From Opitutales bacterium (GTDB taxonomy: Bacteria > Verrucomicrobiota > Verrucomicrobiia > Opitutales > JABSRG01): a DNA stretch of 54,156 nt. Made by a program: the position numbers and the translations under genes. This document shows positions 1 through 10,566 of this stretch, one piece after another (the first letter of the stretch is position 1; each line of letters starts with the position of its first letter). The notes below the pieces were generated by a model. The model saw nothing but the letters and a program-made list of their open reading frames with translations. It had not been told where the DNA came from and searched no databases. The DNA lies in the NCBI GenBank assembly GCA_049599475.1, contig JBMYOQ010000020.1, forward strand, positions 1 through 54,156, in the 5' to 3' direction.

Positions 1-280
1 GTATTATACGGCATGCCCGAAATGTTTTTTCGTGCCTTATTAAAAAGACTCAAAGGGCGAACTAAAAATGACCAATGTAGGGCGTCGTAAATACGAGACA
101 AAATATGGGTAATTTTGGACCATGAAAAAGATTTTTAAGCATATTGCGACGATGTATCGTTTTTCCACGACAACAGACACAATACACCTCCATTCGTTGA
201 GAAATTCAGAACTTGAAACATCCCACCTCCGTATTTACAGAGAAAGCAATATATCGGCTCTCGCTCTCTAATTCTCTGTT

Positions 281-553
281 ATGTCCTCTGATTCCTCGCT
301 GGCTCATCGTCGAGCCTGCCTCAAAATTACCCTAGCGCTGCTCGCTGTATGGTTTACAGTGAGCTTCATCTGCGGAATTCTATTTCGCGATTGGCTCGAT
401 GCCAACTTTCCCAATATCGGAACCGCTCCCTTCGGATTCTGGATGGCTCAACAAGGATCCATAATAGGATTCGTTCTAATTCTGATTGCCTATGCTGTTC
501 TCATGAACCGCTTAGATGCGAAGCACGGCTATAGCGAAGCAGGAAAGGAGTAA
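281..553 (+). CDS. DUF4212-type small membrane subunit of a sodium:solute symporter
   Basis: 90 aa, 2 TM, motif PFGFWMAQQGSI; ends 3 nt before the SSS transporter. Confidence 0.85.
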   Translation: MSSDSSLAHRRACLKITLALLAVWFTVSFICGILFRDWLDANFPNIGTAPFGFWMAQQGSIIGFVLILIAYAVLMNRLDAKHGYSEAGKE

Positions 554-556
554 GCG

Positions 557-2386
557 ATGGACCAAAGTATACTAAACTTCATTTTCATCGGTATTACTTT
601 TGCCGTGTATATTGTAATTGCGGTGCGCTCCAAAGCAGGAGACACCCACGATTATTACACAGCAGGAGGCGGAGTCTCACCCTTTGCGAACGGCATGGCA
701 ACCGCAGCTGACTGGATGTCGGCGGCCACTTTTATTTCAATGGCAGGCACCGTAGCGATCAGCGGATATGATGCCTCTCGCTTCCTCATGGGATGGACAG
801 GCGGATTTGTCCTTTTGACTGTGTTAATGGTCCCCTATTTACGCAAATTCGGGAAAGCTACAGTTCCTGATTTCATAGGCGATCGCTACTATTCACGCAC
901 TGCCCGAGCAGTCGCTGTTGTCTGCGCGATTTTCATCTGTATGACTTATATTATGGGACAGATGCGTGGAGTCGGTGTTGTCTTTTCCCAGTTGTTTGGA
1001 ATCAGTATTCCCGCAGGCGTCATGACAGGCGCCGCAATTGTCTTCGTTTATGCGGGACTCGGAGGCATGAAAGGGATTACGTATACTCAAGTTGCCCAAT
1101 ATACCGTCATGGCGTTTTCTTACACCATTCCAGCGGTATTCATTGCGATGACCATGACTGGAAACGTCATTCCGCAAATTGGATTGATTCGTGATTATAT
1201 CGGGGAAGCCGGAAAAACACCCTTTTTAGAGAAGCTCAACAACATCAATACCGAGTTGGGATTTCGAGAGTATACCTCGGGAACACTGTCTACAGTGAAT
1301 ATGTTCTGCATTACGGCAGCACTCATGTGCGGCACAGCAGGACTCCCCCACGTGATCGTTCGTTTCTTCACGGTAAAAGATGTAAAGTCAGTGCGCACAT
1401 CTGCCTGCTGGACTCTGCTCTTTATCTCGGTGATATATCTCACTGCTCCAACAATCGGCGCATTCGCGCGAGTCAACCTTATCGAAAGTCTACACGACAC
1501 ATCCTACCAAGAGGCACCTTACTGGTTTGCCGAGTTTGAGTCGACAGGACAGATGGCTTGGGTCGACAAGAATGGAGACGGAAAGATACAATACTTCGGT
1601 CCTGCTAAATCTGAAGAAAACACCAATACCGTTTTCCTAGGAAAAGGGCCCACCTACCCCGCCTACGATGCGACCGAGGCACAGAAGGTTGGCAAGTTTG
1701 GTGAACGCCTGCTCGCGAACAAGCCGGATATGAGCAATCCCAACGAACTCTACTTTGGTAATGACATTACTGTAATGGCAAACCCTTACATGGCAGGTCT
1801 ACCGAAGTGGGTCATCGCACTCCTTATGGCGGGTTGTATCGCGGCTGCGCTTTCTACTGCCGCCGGACTACTGCTTGTATTGTCCACATCGATATCTCAC
1901 GACTTGATGAAGAAGATCGTAAAACCCGATCTGACCGACAAAGAGGAAATCAATTACGCGCGCGCGGCATCATTCGTTGCTCTCGCAGTCGCTGCATATT
2001 TTGGGATTAATCCGCCATCTGCGTTTATTGCTAAAACAGTAGCCTTCGCATTCGGACTAGCAGCATCCTCTTTCTTCCCCACTCTCCTCATGGGAATTTT
2101 CTCCGTCCGCATAAATCGGGCCGGAGGAATCGCAGGCATGATCTGTGGCATAGCCTTCACACTGAGTTATATTATCTACTTTCAGTTTTTGGGTGGAAAA
2201 GCGGAACAATACCTCCTCGGCATCACTCCAGAAGGCATTGGCACCATCGGGATGCTAATCAACTTCGCAGTGACTTTCGTTGTCAGCAAATTCACAGCGC
2301 CTCCGCCAGAACACGTCCAAGAGATGGTGGAAAGCATCCATGTGCCTGTAGACACAAAACCGCGCCCGACAGACTTCGAAATCTGA
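557..2386 (+). CDS. actP: Cation/acetate (monocarboxylate) symporter, SSS family, ActP/VC_2705-like
   Basis: [59 protein letters not shown] loop, [11 protein letters not shown]. Confidence 0.85.
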   Translation: MDQSILNFIFIGITFAVYIVIAVRSKAGDTHDYYTAGGGVSPFANGMATAADWMSAATFISMAGTVAISGYDASRFLMGWTGGFVLLTVLMVPYLRKFGKATVPDFIGDRYYSRTARAVAVVCAIFICMTYIMGQMRGVGVVFSQLFGISIPAGVMTGAAIVFVYAGLGGMKGITYTQVAQYTVMAFSYTIPAVFIAMTMTGNVIPQIGLIRDYIGEAGKTPFLEKLNNINTELGFREYTSGTLSTVNMFCITAALMCGTAGLPHVIVRFFTVKDVKSVRTSACWTLLFISVIYLTAPTIGAFARVNLIESLHDTSYQEAPYWFAEFESTGQMAWVDKNGDGKIQYFGPAKSEENTNTVFLGKGPTYPAYDATEAQKVGKFGERLLANKPDMSNPNELYFGNDITVMANPYMAGLPKWVIALLMAGCIAAALSTAAGLLLVLSTSISHDLMKKIVKPDLTDKEEINYARAASFVALAVAAYFGINPPSAFIAKTVAFAFGLAASSFFPTLLMGIFSVRINRAGGIAGMICGIAFTLSYIIYFQFLGGKAEQYLLGITPEGIGTIGMLINFAVTFVVSKFTAPPPEHVQEMVESIHVPVDTKPRPTDFEI

Positions 2387-2413
2387 GGGGCACTCCCCAT
2401 TCAGATATAACGC

Positions 2414-3133
2414 ATGAAAATAGGTATCCTTGCAGCAGCAATCGTCTCAGGACTGATTGTCTCAGCTTTAATAGTCGCCAAACCTTGGGTGACTATACAC
2501 CACACAAAACCCATTGTTGTAAAAGGCTACGCTGAACTACCCATCGAAGCTGATACCGGGAGCCTCACAGCTTCAGTCGCGGCGCGCGGAGCAAGCAATG
2601 CTGAAGCTTACGAAAAAGCAGGCACCCTCCTAAGCCGAGTGAAAGAAATTCTGTCACAGAATTTAAAAGACGACAGCGAAATCGAAGAACTGAGCCCTTC
2701 AATGCAGACAGTGATGAAGCTCGACCATAATGGGCGGCGAACGAACGAGATCGATTTCTATAAATCAAGCCGCCGATTACGTGTAACGACGAAGAATGTC
2801 GCCGAACTTCAGGAAACTAATAAATCCCTATTCGATCTGAACGAAGAAGGGATTCTAGTGAGTGTATCTGGACCCGAGTTTTTCGTATCCGACCTTGAAT
2901 CCATCAAATTAGAACTCGTCTCAGCAGCGACTTTGAATGGCAAAAAGAGAGCAGAGGAAATAGCTCGCAATTCTGGAGAATACTTGGGGTCGCTCGTCTC
3001 TGCAAAACAAGGCGTGATTCAGATAACCAAAGAAAATTCTACAAAGACATCGAGCTACGGAGTATACGACACCGAAACGATTAAGAAAGTAATCAAGCTG
3101 GTAGTAACGCTTGAATATGAAATCGAGGGCTGA
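2414..3133 (+). CDS. SIMPL (DUF541) domain periplasmic protein
   Basis: N-terminal anchor, IVVKGYAE, A..NGKKRAEEIA...G..LG.L.SAKQGVIQI, C-terminal K..KLVVTLEYEI. Confidence 0.8.
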   Translation: MKIGILAAAIVSGLIVSALIVAKPWVTIHHTKPIVVKGYAELPIEADTGSLTASVAARGASNAEAYEKAGTLLSRVKEILSQNLKDDSEIEELSPSMQTVMKLDHNGRRTNEIDFYKSSRRLRVTTKNVAELQETNKSLFDLNEEGILVSVSGPEFFVSDLESIKLELVSAATLNGKKRAEEIARNSGEYLGSLVSAKQGVIQITKENSTKTSSYGVYDTETIKKVIKLVVTLEYEIEG

Positions 3134-3139
3134 ATTACC

Positions 3140-4498
3140 CTACCGCCCTTGGATATCGCGCTTGAGTTGCTTCCACCGAGCCAATCTTTGAGCAATGGCT
3201 TCTTCTGCGCCCGCTCCATTAGGTGAGTAGAATTGCTGAGGCTCTACCATGTAATCTTGGCCTGATATACCATCCGGGCTGTTGTGGCTGTAGATGTAGT
3301 CTTTTGAATTACCCGCCTGGCGATTTGCAGCGCCGTGTTTATCCCGGATCCAGAGAGGCACTTCTTGGATTGGACCTTCACGAATGGCCTGCTTTGCTTT
3401 TGCGATCGCGACGGTAGCACTGTTGCTCTTAGGACATGTTGCTAAAAATAAAGTGGTGTGCGCCAAATTATATTCGCATTCAGGAAGGCCTATCATCTCG
3501 CAAGCCTGGAAACACGCTACGGCGACTCCCAACGCTCGGGAATCAGCTAGACCAATATCTTCACTCGCAAGAATCACTAGACGTCTCGCGATGAACCTTG
3601 GATCCTCCCCGCCTATGAGCATTTTCGCCAGCCAATAGAGCGCAGCATCAGGATCACAACCCCGCATGCTCTTGATGAATGCACTCGCCGTATCGTAGTG
3701 CTCATCTTCGTTCGCGTCATAGCGAATTTGTCGTTCGTTCGCGAATACGGAGATGGCCTGCTGGTCGACCACACCTCGTAATGGCAAGCTCATGACAACA
3801 GTTTCGAGCGCATTCAAGGCTCGGCGCATATCGCCATCTGCGATTCTCGCAATATCCTTTAAGACTGTATCATCAGCCTCCATCTTGCGTGCCCCTAGCC
3901 CGTTTTCTGTATCTTCTAAAGCATTTCGCAGGAGCGGCACCATTTCGTCGGCGCCCAAAGGCTCCAATTTGAACAGGTGACTCCGACTCAGCAAAGGCTG
4001 AATAATGTAAAATCCGGGATTGTGGGTGGTGGCCCCGATCAAGCGTATATTGCCGGCCTCGACATCTGGGAGCAGCAAGTCTTGTTGAGACTTATTAAAG
4101 CGATGGATTTCATCGATAAACAACAAGGTCTCTCCGGGCTCATAACGCGCCAACCTCAGAACATCGCGCAACTCTGCGACGTTGGAAAGCACCGCATTGA
4201 GCCTGATGCACTTAGCCCCCGTCTCAGCGGCAATAGCTTCTGCCAAAGTTGTCTTCCCACACCCCGGAGGCCCATAAAAGAGAAGACTACCGAATGCATT
4301 ATTGCGCACCAAGCGAGGCAACAGAGCATCATCGTTGAGGATATGCTTCTGCCCAGCTACTTCACTCAAGGACCGTGGCCGCATTCGCGTCGCCAAAGGC
4401 CGGTAGCGCTTCTTTTCTTCCTTAGACGCCGATTTCGGCTCTGAATCGGAGAACAAGTTGGGCTGGTTGGAAGGTGTTTTCATGAAGCTAGGATTCAT
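3140..4498 (-). CDS. rarA: Replication-associated recombination protein A (RarA/MgsA AAA+ ATPase)
   Basis: PLATRMRP, GPPGCGKTT, FIDEIHRFNKSQQD, HYDTASAFIKSMRGCDPDAA, ASEDIGLAD. Confidence 0.95.
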   Translation of the reverse strand: MNPSFMKTPSNQPNLFSDSEPKSASKEEKKRYRPLATRMRPRSLSEVAGQKHILNDDALLPRLVRNNAFGSLLFYGPPGCGKTTLAEAIAAETGAKCIRLNAVLSNVAELRDVLRLARYEPGETLLFIDEIHRFNKSQQDLLLPDVEAGNIRLIGATTHNPGFYIIQPLLSRSHLFKLEPLGADEMVPLLRNALEDTENGLGARKMEADDTVLKDIARIADGDMRRALNALETVVMSLPLRGVVDQQAISVFANERQIRYDANEDEHYDTASAFIKSMRGCDPDAALYWLAKMLIGGEDPRFIARRLVILASEDIGLADSRALGVAVACFQACEMIGLPECEYNLAHTTLFLATCPKSNSATVAIAKAKQAIREGPIQEVPLWIRDKHGAANRQAGNSKDYIYSHNSPDGISGQDYMVEPQQFYSPNGAGAEEAIAQRLARWKQLKRDIQGR

Positions 4499-4563
4499 GA
4501 TGCGGGTGAAATGATGTTTTCCAAAGAAAAAGCATCAGATCTTCACGTATACCCGAAGGCGCT

Positions 4564-6237
4564 ATGCGATTCTTCGATCCAGAAAATCTGAGTAACCCGC
4601 GAAGCCCCTTAGCTCTGGGGCTCGTCGCTACTTTGTTCGCATATATGCTCTCCTCTAAAATAGGCCCGTGGACCCACTTTGCTTTTCCGTCCATGGTGCT
4701 TTGGGTCTTTACGGTTTTCGCTCTCATTGCCTGGAATTATAAACGTGAAGTAGCCCCCGTCCTTTGCTTTCTACTCTTCGCTGTCCTGGCAACTCTCCGC
4801 TACGAGAACTCCAAAGAGGTCAATATAGACCTGGGTATCCCACGAAATATGCCTGCTCGTGAGATCACCGCAGATTTACGCATTGATAGAATTTACGGCG
4901 ACCCTACGCAACAGAACAGATTGAGAGGTATCGGTACCCTTACCGATGTCCCCATCGAGCAAGACTATTTAGAAAAGCGAAAAATCTATTTCTACCTCAG
5001 CTCATCAGCAATGGGCGACATCCGTATCGCGGAGGGAAAACACTGGAGAGCGCGAGGAATCGTCAAAAGACTATCGTCGGGGAGCTTTAGTCAGTTCCTG
5101 GAGACCCAAGGTGTGGGTTACTCCATCCACATTGACAAAATTGAGGCGCCACCCGAGGCGCTCGGCGGCATTCATTCGATCACCGCCGTTCTCTCGAATG
5201 TCCGCCTTTTATGGATCGAACGGCTACAGTCGTATTTTCAAGGCAGGCCAGAAACCGCTGCAGTTCTCATCGCCTTGAGCCTAGGGGATACGCGATATCT
5301 GAGCGACAATGTCCACACGGCGTTTTTCGAAACAGGCACCTTACACCTCTTCGCAATCAGCGGCCTCCATATCATGGCAATCTTTGGGATGCTCCGACAA
5401 AGCCTCAGATTAATCAATATCCCAACACGTTGGAGCTCTCTCGGAGCCTTGGCCATTACAGGCATTTTCATTCTGCTAACAGGTTGTCCCCCCTCCGCAA
5501 TACGTGCTTTCGCGATCCTGCTTTTCCTCTACTCGAGTAAAATATTACAACGAAGACAGGAGAACTTTGCCTCGATGGTCGCTTGCGCCCTAGTTTATGT
5601 CTGGGTCAGCCCGAGTGCTATTCATAGCCTCGGCTTTGCACTCTCATTCTCCGTCGTCGCGGCAATCCTCTTGATTGGTGTCCCTCTGCGCGATTTAGCC
5701 GATAAATGGATGCTGGCCTACGAAGCACCCAGAGTATCACGCCTTAGAAAATGGTATCGGCGCAAAGTGAAGCGCGGCATCGTTGACAGTTTCTGCATTA
5801 GCATTTCGGGTTTCATTGGTAGCGCACCCTGGATTTTAGCTCAATTTGGATCCATCACGCCCTTCGGCATTCTCGCAAATACCTTCCTTGTCGTTGTCGG
5901 GATGTGGACCCTGTTTGTCCTTATCGCGATCTCGCCACTGGTTATGCTGTTCGAAAGCTGCGCCCATCTTTTTGCGATCCCTGCTATTGGTGCTCAAGCC
6001 GCCATCGAAATCACACAGTCGTGGAGCTCTTGGCCGATCGCGTTCAGCACTCAAAGAATCGCCGAAACCTACCACCTTCCCCTGATATCGCTCTTAGTAG
6101 GCTTCGGCTATCTCTATAATCTGCGAATACGCCTCATAAAAATTAAGATGCTTCACCTCGCATGTGGATGCATACCCGTCTTTCTCTACACAATCACCTA
6201 CCCCCTTCAGTTGAAGGCATTCGGGGCTCTGCCTTGA
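4564..6237 (+). CDS. comEC: ComEC/Rec2 family competence membrane protein (no C-terminal beta-lactamase-fold domain)
   Basis: FFETGTLHLFAISGLH, GCPPSAIRA, GFALSF, multiple TM segments. Confidence 0.85.
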   Translation: MRFFDPENLSNPRSPLALGLVATLFAYMLSSKIGPWTHFAFPSMVLWVFTVFALIAWNYKREVAPVLCFLLFAVLATLRYENSKEVNIDLGIPRNMPAREITADLRIDRIYGDPTQQNRLRGIGTLTDVPIEQDYLEKRKIYFYLSSSAMGDIRIAEGKHWRARGIVKRLSSGSFSQFLETQGVGYSIHIDKIEAPPEALGGIHSITAVLSNVRLLWIERLQSYFQGRPETAAVLIALSLGDTRYLSDNVHTAFFETGTLHLFAISGLHIMAIFGMLRQSLRLINIPTRWSSLGALAITGIFILLTGCPPSAIRAFAILLFLYSSKILQRRQENFASMVACALVYVWVSPSAIHSLGFALSFSVVAAILLIGVPLRDLADKWMLAYEAPRVSRLRKWYRRKVKRGIVDSFCISISGFIGSAPWILAQFGSITPFGILANTFLVVVGMWTLFVLIAISPLVMLFESCAHLFAIPAIGAQAAIEITQSWSSWPIAFSTQRIAETYHLPLISLLVGFGYLYNLRIRLIKIKMLHLACGCIPVFLYTITYPLQLKAFGALP

Positions 6238-6270
6238 CCTCCCGCGATCCTTTAGTGCACACTGCGGGTA

Positions 6271-6549
6271 ATGAAAAGTGCTTACGAACTCGCTATGGAG
6301 CGCCTCCGCTCTGAAGAACCCGATCAACCTCTTTCCGAAGAGCAGAAGGCGAAAGTCGCCGAGATCGACACCAAATTCGCAGCGAAGCTCGCTGAACGTG
6401 AGCTCTTTCTAAATCCTAAAATCGCTGAAGCTCAGCTAAAAGGTGACTTCGACGCAGTATCTCAACTTGAGAAACAACTCCGGGACGAAAAAGCTATGCT
6501 CGAAGACGATAAGGAGCGGGAAAAGGCAGCCGTACGAAAGCAGAAATAA
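6271..6549 (+). CDS. Conserved small coiled-coil hypothetical protein
   Basis: 92 aa, charged and helical; starts MKSAYELAMERL, a pattern I recall from PVC-group hypotheticals. Confidence 0.75.
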   Translation: MKSAYELAMERLRSEEPDQPLSEEQKAKVAEIDTKFAAKLAERELFLNPKIAEAQLKGDFDAVSQLEKQLRDEKAMLEDDKEREKAAVRKQK

Positions 6550-6606
6550 TCGCTGCTTCGCCGCGGCAACGCGCCCCGAATAAAGAGCGAGACTCTGTAA
6601 ACTTTA

Positions 6607-6951
6607 TCAAGCCTTCGGAGTCTCTTTAATAATCAGGATCGTCGAAGGATAAATTAGAGCCTTATAGAGCCCGCTTCCCTTCCGGTAAGTGACAACGATG
6701 AAGTGCTTCCCATAAGTCATCGAAACGACCCCTTGCAGCTCGTATGAAATGTCATACGAAGCCAAAACGATCGAAATATTGTTTCGTGGGTCCAACTCTC
6801 CAAATGCTTCAATCCATCGATTCGCAATCTGCGACTGTCGTATATCCTCATTTGCCAACTGGCCCTGAAGCGGATTGATGCACAACATCATGACAAGCGC
6901 CAAGAGCACCCAGCAAAGGCGCTTTCTAGCACAACGAATTTCAGTTTTCAT
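6607..6951 (-). CDS. Small secreted hypothetical protein
   Basis: Likely start at internal ATG (MKTEIRC...); basic plus hydrophobic signal-like N-terminus; co-oriented with upstream genes. Confidence 0.55.
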   Translation of the reverse strand: MKTEIRCARKRLCWVLLALVMMLCINPLQGQLANEDIRQSQIANRWIEAFGELDPRNNISIVLASYDISYELQGVVSMTYGKHFIVVTYRKGSGLYKALIYPSTILIIKETPKA

Positions 6952-6996
6952 AAAAGGACAAGAGGGCAGCCTTGTGCTCCTGACAATCAAATATGA

Positions 6997-7884
6997 TTAC
7001 TGACCCGCGGGCTCTTCAGAAGTCTTCACAGGCGCGGGTTTCGGTGGTGAGGGTGGTTTCGGTGGATTCAAAACTTCAGATGATTTTAAGAAGAGCATGA
7101 GATCCCCAAGGGTTTTATAGAAATACGGATTTCTCCCCCCAGCATAATTGAAGAACCCATGCCTCATATCAGGGTAATGTAGCACCTCACAAGTCACACC
7201 GAGCTTCTTCAGCTTGCTTTGATATTGATAACACTCGCTGATCGGAGCGATAAAATCAAAGGTCCCATTAAAGATAATAGTTGAGGGAGTTGTCTCCGAC
7301 ACAAAGTCAATCGGGGCCGCCTCAGGAAGCTCAAAAAATGAGCGTGCGACTATCGGATTAAACAGAATATTGAGCCGTGGCAGCGTAGAGATACTCAGGT
7401 CATCGGTGTCATCATTGTAGGATGGAACGGTTCCCAGGCAAGCGGCGAGCCACCCACCAAAGGATCCGCCTCCGGCCATGATACGCTCGGGGTCAATGCC
7501 CCACTTCTCAGCGTGCGCTTTTACATAGCGAAAGGCCGATTTAGCGTTCTTGATTGCTTTAGAGACATCTTTCTCCTCGGCGGCCCGATCTGCCTCGGTT
7601 GCGTAAGCGGCATCAAACGAAGTAACACCAATCAAAGCTAAAGCCTTTGCAAATTCTTTAAATTGTCCCGGCTTCTGATTACCTCCGCCACCATGAAACC
7701 AGATGACTGCTGGCACCGGCTGATCTGACGGAATGGCCTTCGTAATAAGCAATTCCAATGGACCGGTATCAGTCTCTTTGTAAACCAAGACTTCGTCGTG
7801 TGCCGAGAGCTCTGTCAGCACACAGCTCAGAAAGAAGAAAAAAACCAGCCTACGTAGGCTCGAAAATCGGCGATACTTATCCAT
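6997..7884 (-). CDS. Secreted alpha/beta hydrolase (esterase/lipase)
   Basis: HGGG oxyanion motif, GGSFGG nucleophile elbow, GTFD and HGFFN; signal peptide from MDKYRR (ORF open to 7956); Pro-rich tail. Confidence 0.8.
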   Translation of the reverse strand: MDKYRRFSSLRRLVFFFFLSCVLTELSAHDEVLVYKETDTGPLELLITKAIPSDQPVPAVIWFHGGGGNQKPGQFKEFAKALALIGVTSFDAAYATEADRAAEEKDVSKAIKNAKSAFRYVKAHAEKWGIDPERIMAGGGSFGGWLAACLGTVPSYNDDTDDLSISTLPRLNILFNPIVARSFFELPEAAPIDFVSETTPSTIIFNGTFDFIAPISECYQYQSKLKKLGVTCEVLHYPDMRHGFFNYAGGRNPYFYKTLGDLMLFLKSSEVLNPPKPPSPPKPAPVKTSEEPAGQ

Positions 7885-7956
7885 ACCTCGAACGAACAGC
7901 AATGCCTGCGCCGAGATTTCAAAAGGGCATATTTGTAACCGCCCCGTAATGTTCAT

Positions 7957-8709
7957 TTACCCGTGCGACAATATTCCGCCCAGATATTCGTTTGCATCCA
8001 TGCGTATCGGCATGAAATAAATACTGTCTTCGTTCTTACGTACTTCCGCGAGAATTTCTCGAGCTAAGCGCTGGTTGCCTTCGACCGAGAATTCAAAGTC
8101 TCGCGGAAACAAGGCACGGTTTACATCGATCCAATAAGCCTTGCTCTTTTCACTCATGACCGGTGACACCCCCCAAAAGATATCGATATCTTCAGGCAAG
8201 AGGTCGCGATAAGCGCGTAGGAGGTCGATCGAGAAAAAGGGTTGCGAAAATAAGCCACAGGCTCCCGCGTCGATCTTTTCCTTTACGTATTTGAATTCGT
8301 CTTGCATGCCCGAGCGGTATGGGTCGAGGCCTGCGAAGACACGTTTTCCAGGAAACTTGTCTCGGATTTTCGAGATCGTTTTTAGGCAGTGGTCAGGTGA
8401 ACGCTCGATCGGGTTTTTAGGGTCCGGATCTCCGGTAATGACCAAGACCTCATCAAAGGGTTCAACCGCATTGCTGAGTGCTTCGGCCTCGCCTTCGATA
8501 TCAAAATCCCAGGCGCGAATATGCGGTATCGCTGAATTAAAAAATGCCTTCAATGGCGAGCACGCGTCCCAGCTTCTTAAAGACATACGCTTCAAGTCTG
8601 GAATATTTACGGTATCCAAGGATGGAAACTGTGCTGATAGAGCCTGTGATTCCTCCGTAAGTTTATCTAATTTACGAGGAACCAGTTCTATAGAAATTCG
8701 CGTGCTCAT
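7957..8709 (-). CDS. Short methylenetetrahydrofolate reductase (MetF-like)
   Basis: SIELVPR, VNIPD, IPHIRA, LVITGD, EKIDAGA.GLFSQPFF. Confidence 0.8.
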   Translation of the reverse strand: MSTRISIELVPRKLDKLTEESQALSAQFPSLDTVNIPDLKRMSLRSWDACSPLKAFFNSAIPHIRAWDFDIEGEAEALSNAVEPFDEVLVITGDPDPKNPIERSPDHCLKTISKIRDKFPGKRVFAGLDPYRSGMQDEFKYVKEKIDAGACGLFSQPFFSIDLLRAYRDLLPEDIDIFWGVSPVMSEKSKAYWIDVNRALFPRDFEFSVEGNQRLAREILAEVRKNEDSIYFMPIRMDANEYLGGILSHG

Positions 8710-8732
8710 TAATGAAGTATATACGGTCGATC

Positions 8733-10559
8733 TTAATCAAAAGAAATGACGACTTGGCCAAAATAGCCACGCCCTAGGGTTGGAAAACCGTGAGCGGTTT
8801 CGTAGGACTCATCAAACAAATTGGTAACCGAGCCACGCAACGTCACGTGATCATTAAAGTCGTACGACACTACGACATCTGTCGTAAAGTAGTCCTCGCC
8901 ATCGATCCGGGCAAAAGTGAGTCCATCAATATCCTCTCGATTGAGCACCCAAGTGCTCGAGAGTTCCAGTTGAACATCTTTCACTTCGATCGAGTAATCT
9001 AGGCCGAGCGTGTGCTCAGGACGGCGCAGCAGTCGAGCATCGGTACTTTCGTCACGAGCATCCAGCCATGTGTAGTTCGCAGAGAGGTCTCCCCACCCTT
9101 CACTTGCGTAAGCGAGAACTAGTTCGACTCCTTCAGTGCGTGCCTCGTCCAAATTGATACTTGTCCCTGGGAAGACTGAGAAATCAAAGGTGATGAGGTC
9201 CTCTAATTCGTTTCGGAAATATGTGGCAGAGAACTCGAGCTTGCGCTCCAACGCGTAAAGGCTGAATCCGAGGTCCCAGCCCAGAGACTTCTCGGGATCG
9301 AGATCTGGATTGCCCACATAAAATGAGCTATCTGCATACAAATCGATGAAGCTCGGAGCCCGGAATCCTGTTCCGACATTCCCGCGGAGGACTAAGCGAT
9401 CTTCAATTGCGGTGTAGACCGCACCGACTTTCCAGGTCGTCTCGCTGCCAAAGGTATCAAAATCATCCCAACGCAGGCCACCTATCAGTGTGAAGGCTTC
9501 TGTGACTTCCCAGATATCCTCTAAGAAGAGCCCGACATAGGTCTGGCTTTCGTCGATGGCTCCAAAGCCCGAGGAGAAGTTTTCCGACTCATCCAGGTTT
9601 ACCCCATTCACAAAGGTGTGATTCCCAAGGCTCCAATCAGCCTGCAAATCGAGCACCCAGCGACGATTGTCGATATCTGTCCGACTATCAAAAGTAGGAT
9701 CAAGGCTCACAAACTGCAGATCCTGAACGCCTCCGATGACGCGAATGTTAAAGTCATCAAAAGCACCATTAGCGAAGACGGTTGCCAAAATTCCAGTCTC
9801 CGAATCTTCATTATCGAGATCAGGAAAGAAACGTGTATTCGGGCTGCCATACGTTTGGTCATAGACCCGCACGGTAGACCCGATATCCCAAATTTCCGTC
9901 AGGTCATAGTCAAAACGGAGCGCCCCGGCATGTTGTTCGAAATCGTTATTGGGACGCTCATTCTCGGTGCTGAAAGTACTCAGGCCATAACTATAGGCAA
10001 ACTTACCGTATTGGGCAGCTCCATCTGCCGCGACAGCCCAAGTGTCGTTGCTTCCGGCCAGTCCTGAAAACGTGTATCCTGTACCCTCACTTCCCTTACG
10101 CGAACTGATAGAGACCACACCCCCAATTGCATCAGAACCATAGACAACACTGTGCGGACCGCGTGCGATCTCGACTGTACCAATATTGCCAACAGGCACG
10201 CCACCAATGCGATTCTGATACAGCGTATTGACATCATTCATACGAATTCCGTCTACAACGAACAAGACATGATCACTTTCAGTGCCACGTATAAAAACAG
10301 AAGTGTTCGCTCCCGAAGCCCCATTTCCGGCTATATTGACTCCTGGCGTATCCTGCAAAACGGAAGCCATAGACAAAGTAGGAAAGCGATACATATCTTC
10401 TGTATCCAAAGTGGTCACTGAAGCACTGATATCAGCACTTCCTAGGCTATAACGCTGAGGCGAAAACACAACTGGCTCGAGCTCATCTACTTGGGCACTT
10501 AGGCCAAAAGTATATAAGCAAGATGCTAGGAGCGTTGCAGTTCTAGTTTGAGTATTCAT
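8733..10559 (-). CDS. btuB: TonB-dependent receptor, BtuB-like (cobalamin)
   Basis: Plug SVFIRGTESDHVLFVVDGIR, IEI.RGPHSVVYGSDAIGGVV, GNPDLDPEKS, LLRRPEH, NLFDESYE; follows a BtuF-like gene. Confidence 0.8.
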   Translation of the reverse strand: MNTQTRTATLLASCLYTFGLSAQVDELEPVVFSPQRYSLGSADISASVTTLDTEDMYRFPTLSMASVLQDTPGVNIAGNGASGANTSVFIRGTESDHVLFVVDGIRMNDVNTLYQNRIGGVPVGNIGTVEIARGPHSVVYGSDAIGGVVSISSRKGSEGTGYTFSGLAGSNDTWAVAADGAAQYGKFAYSYGLSTFSTENERPNNDFEQHAGALRFDYDLTEIWDIGSTVRVYDQTYGSPNTRFFPDLDNEDSETGILATVFANGAFDDFNIRVIGGVQDLQFVSLDPTFDSRTDIDNRRWVLDLQADWSLGNHTFVNGVNLDESENFSSGFGAIDESQTYVGLFLEDIWEVTEAFTLIGGLRWDDFDTFGSETTWKVGAVYTAIEDRLVLRGNVGTGFRAPSFIDLYADSSFYVGNPDLDPEKSLGWDLGFSLYALERKLEFSATYFRNELEDLITFDFSVFPGTSINLDEARTEGVELVLAYASEGWGDLSANYTWLDARDESTDARLLRRPEHTLGLDYSIEVKDVQLELSSTWVLNREDIDGLTFARIDGEDYFTTDVVVSYDFNDHVTLRGSVTNLFDESYETAHGFPTLGRGYFGQVVISFD

Positions 10560-10566
10560 AAGAAAA

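Noticed and set aside
1560..1600. EF-hand-like DKNGDG loop in the symporter
   Set aside because: Normal feature of this SSS subfamily
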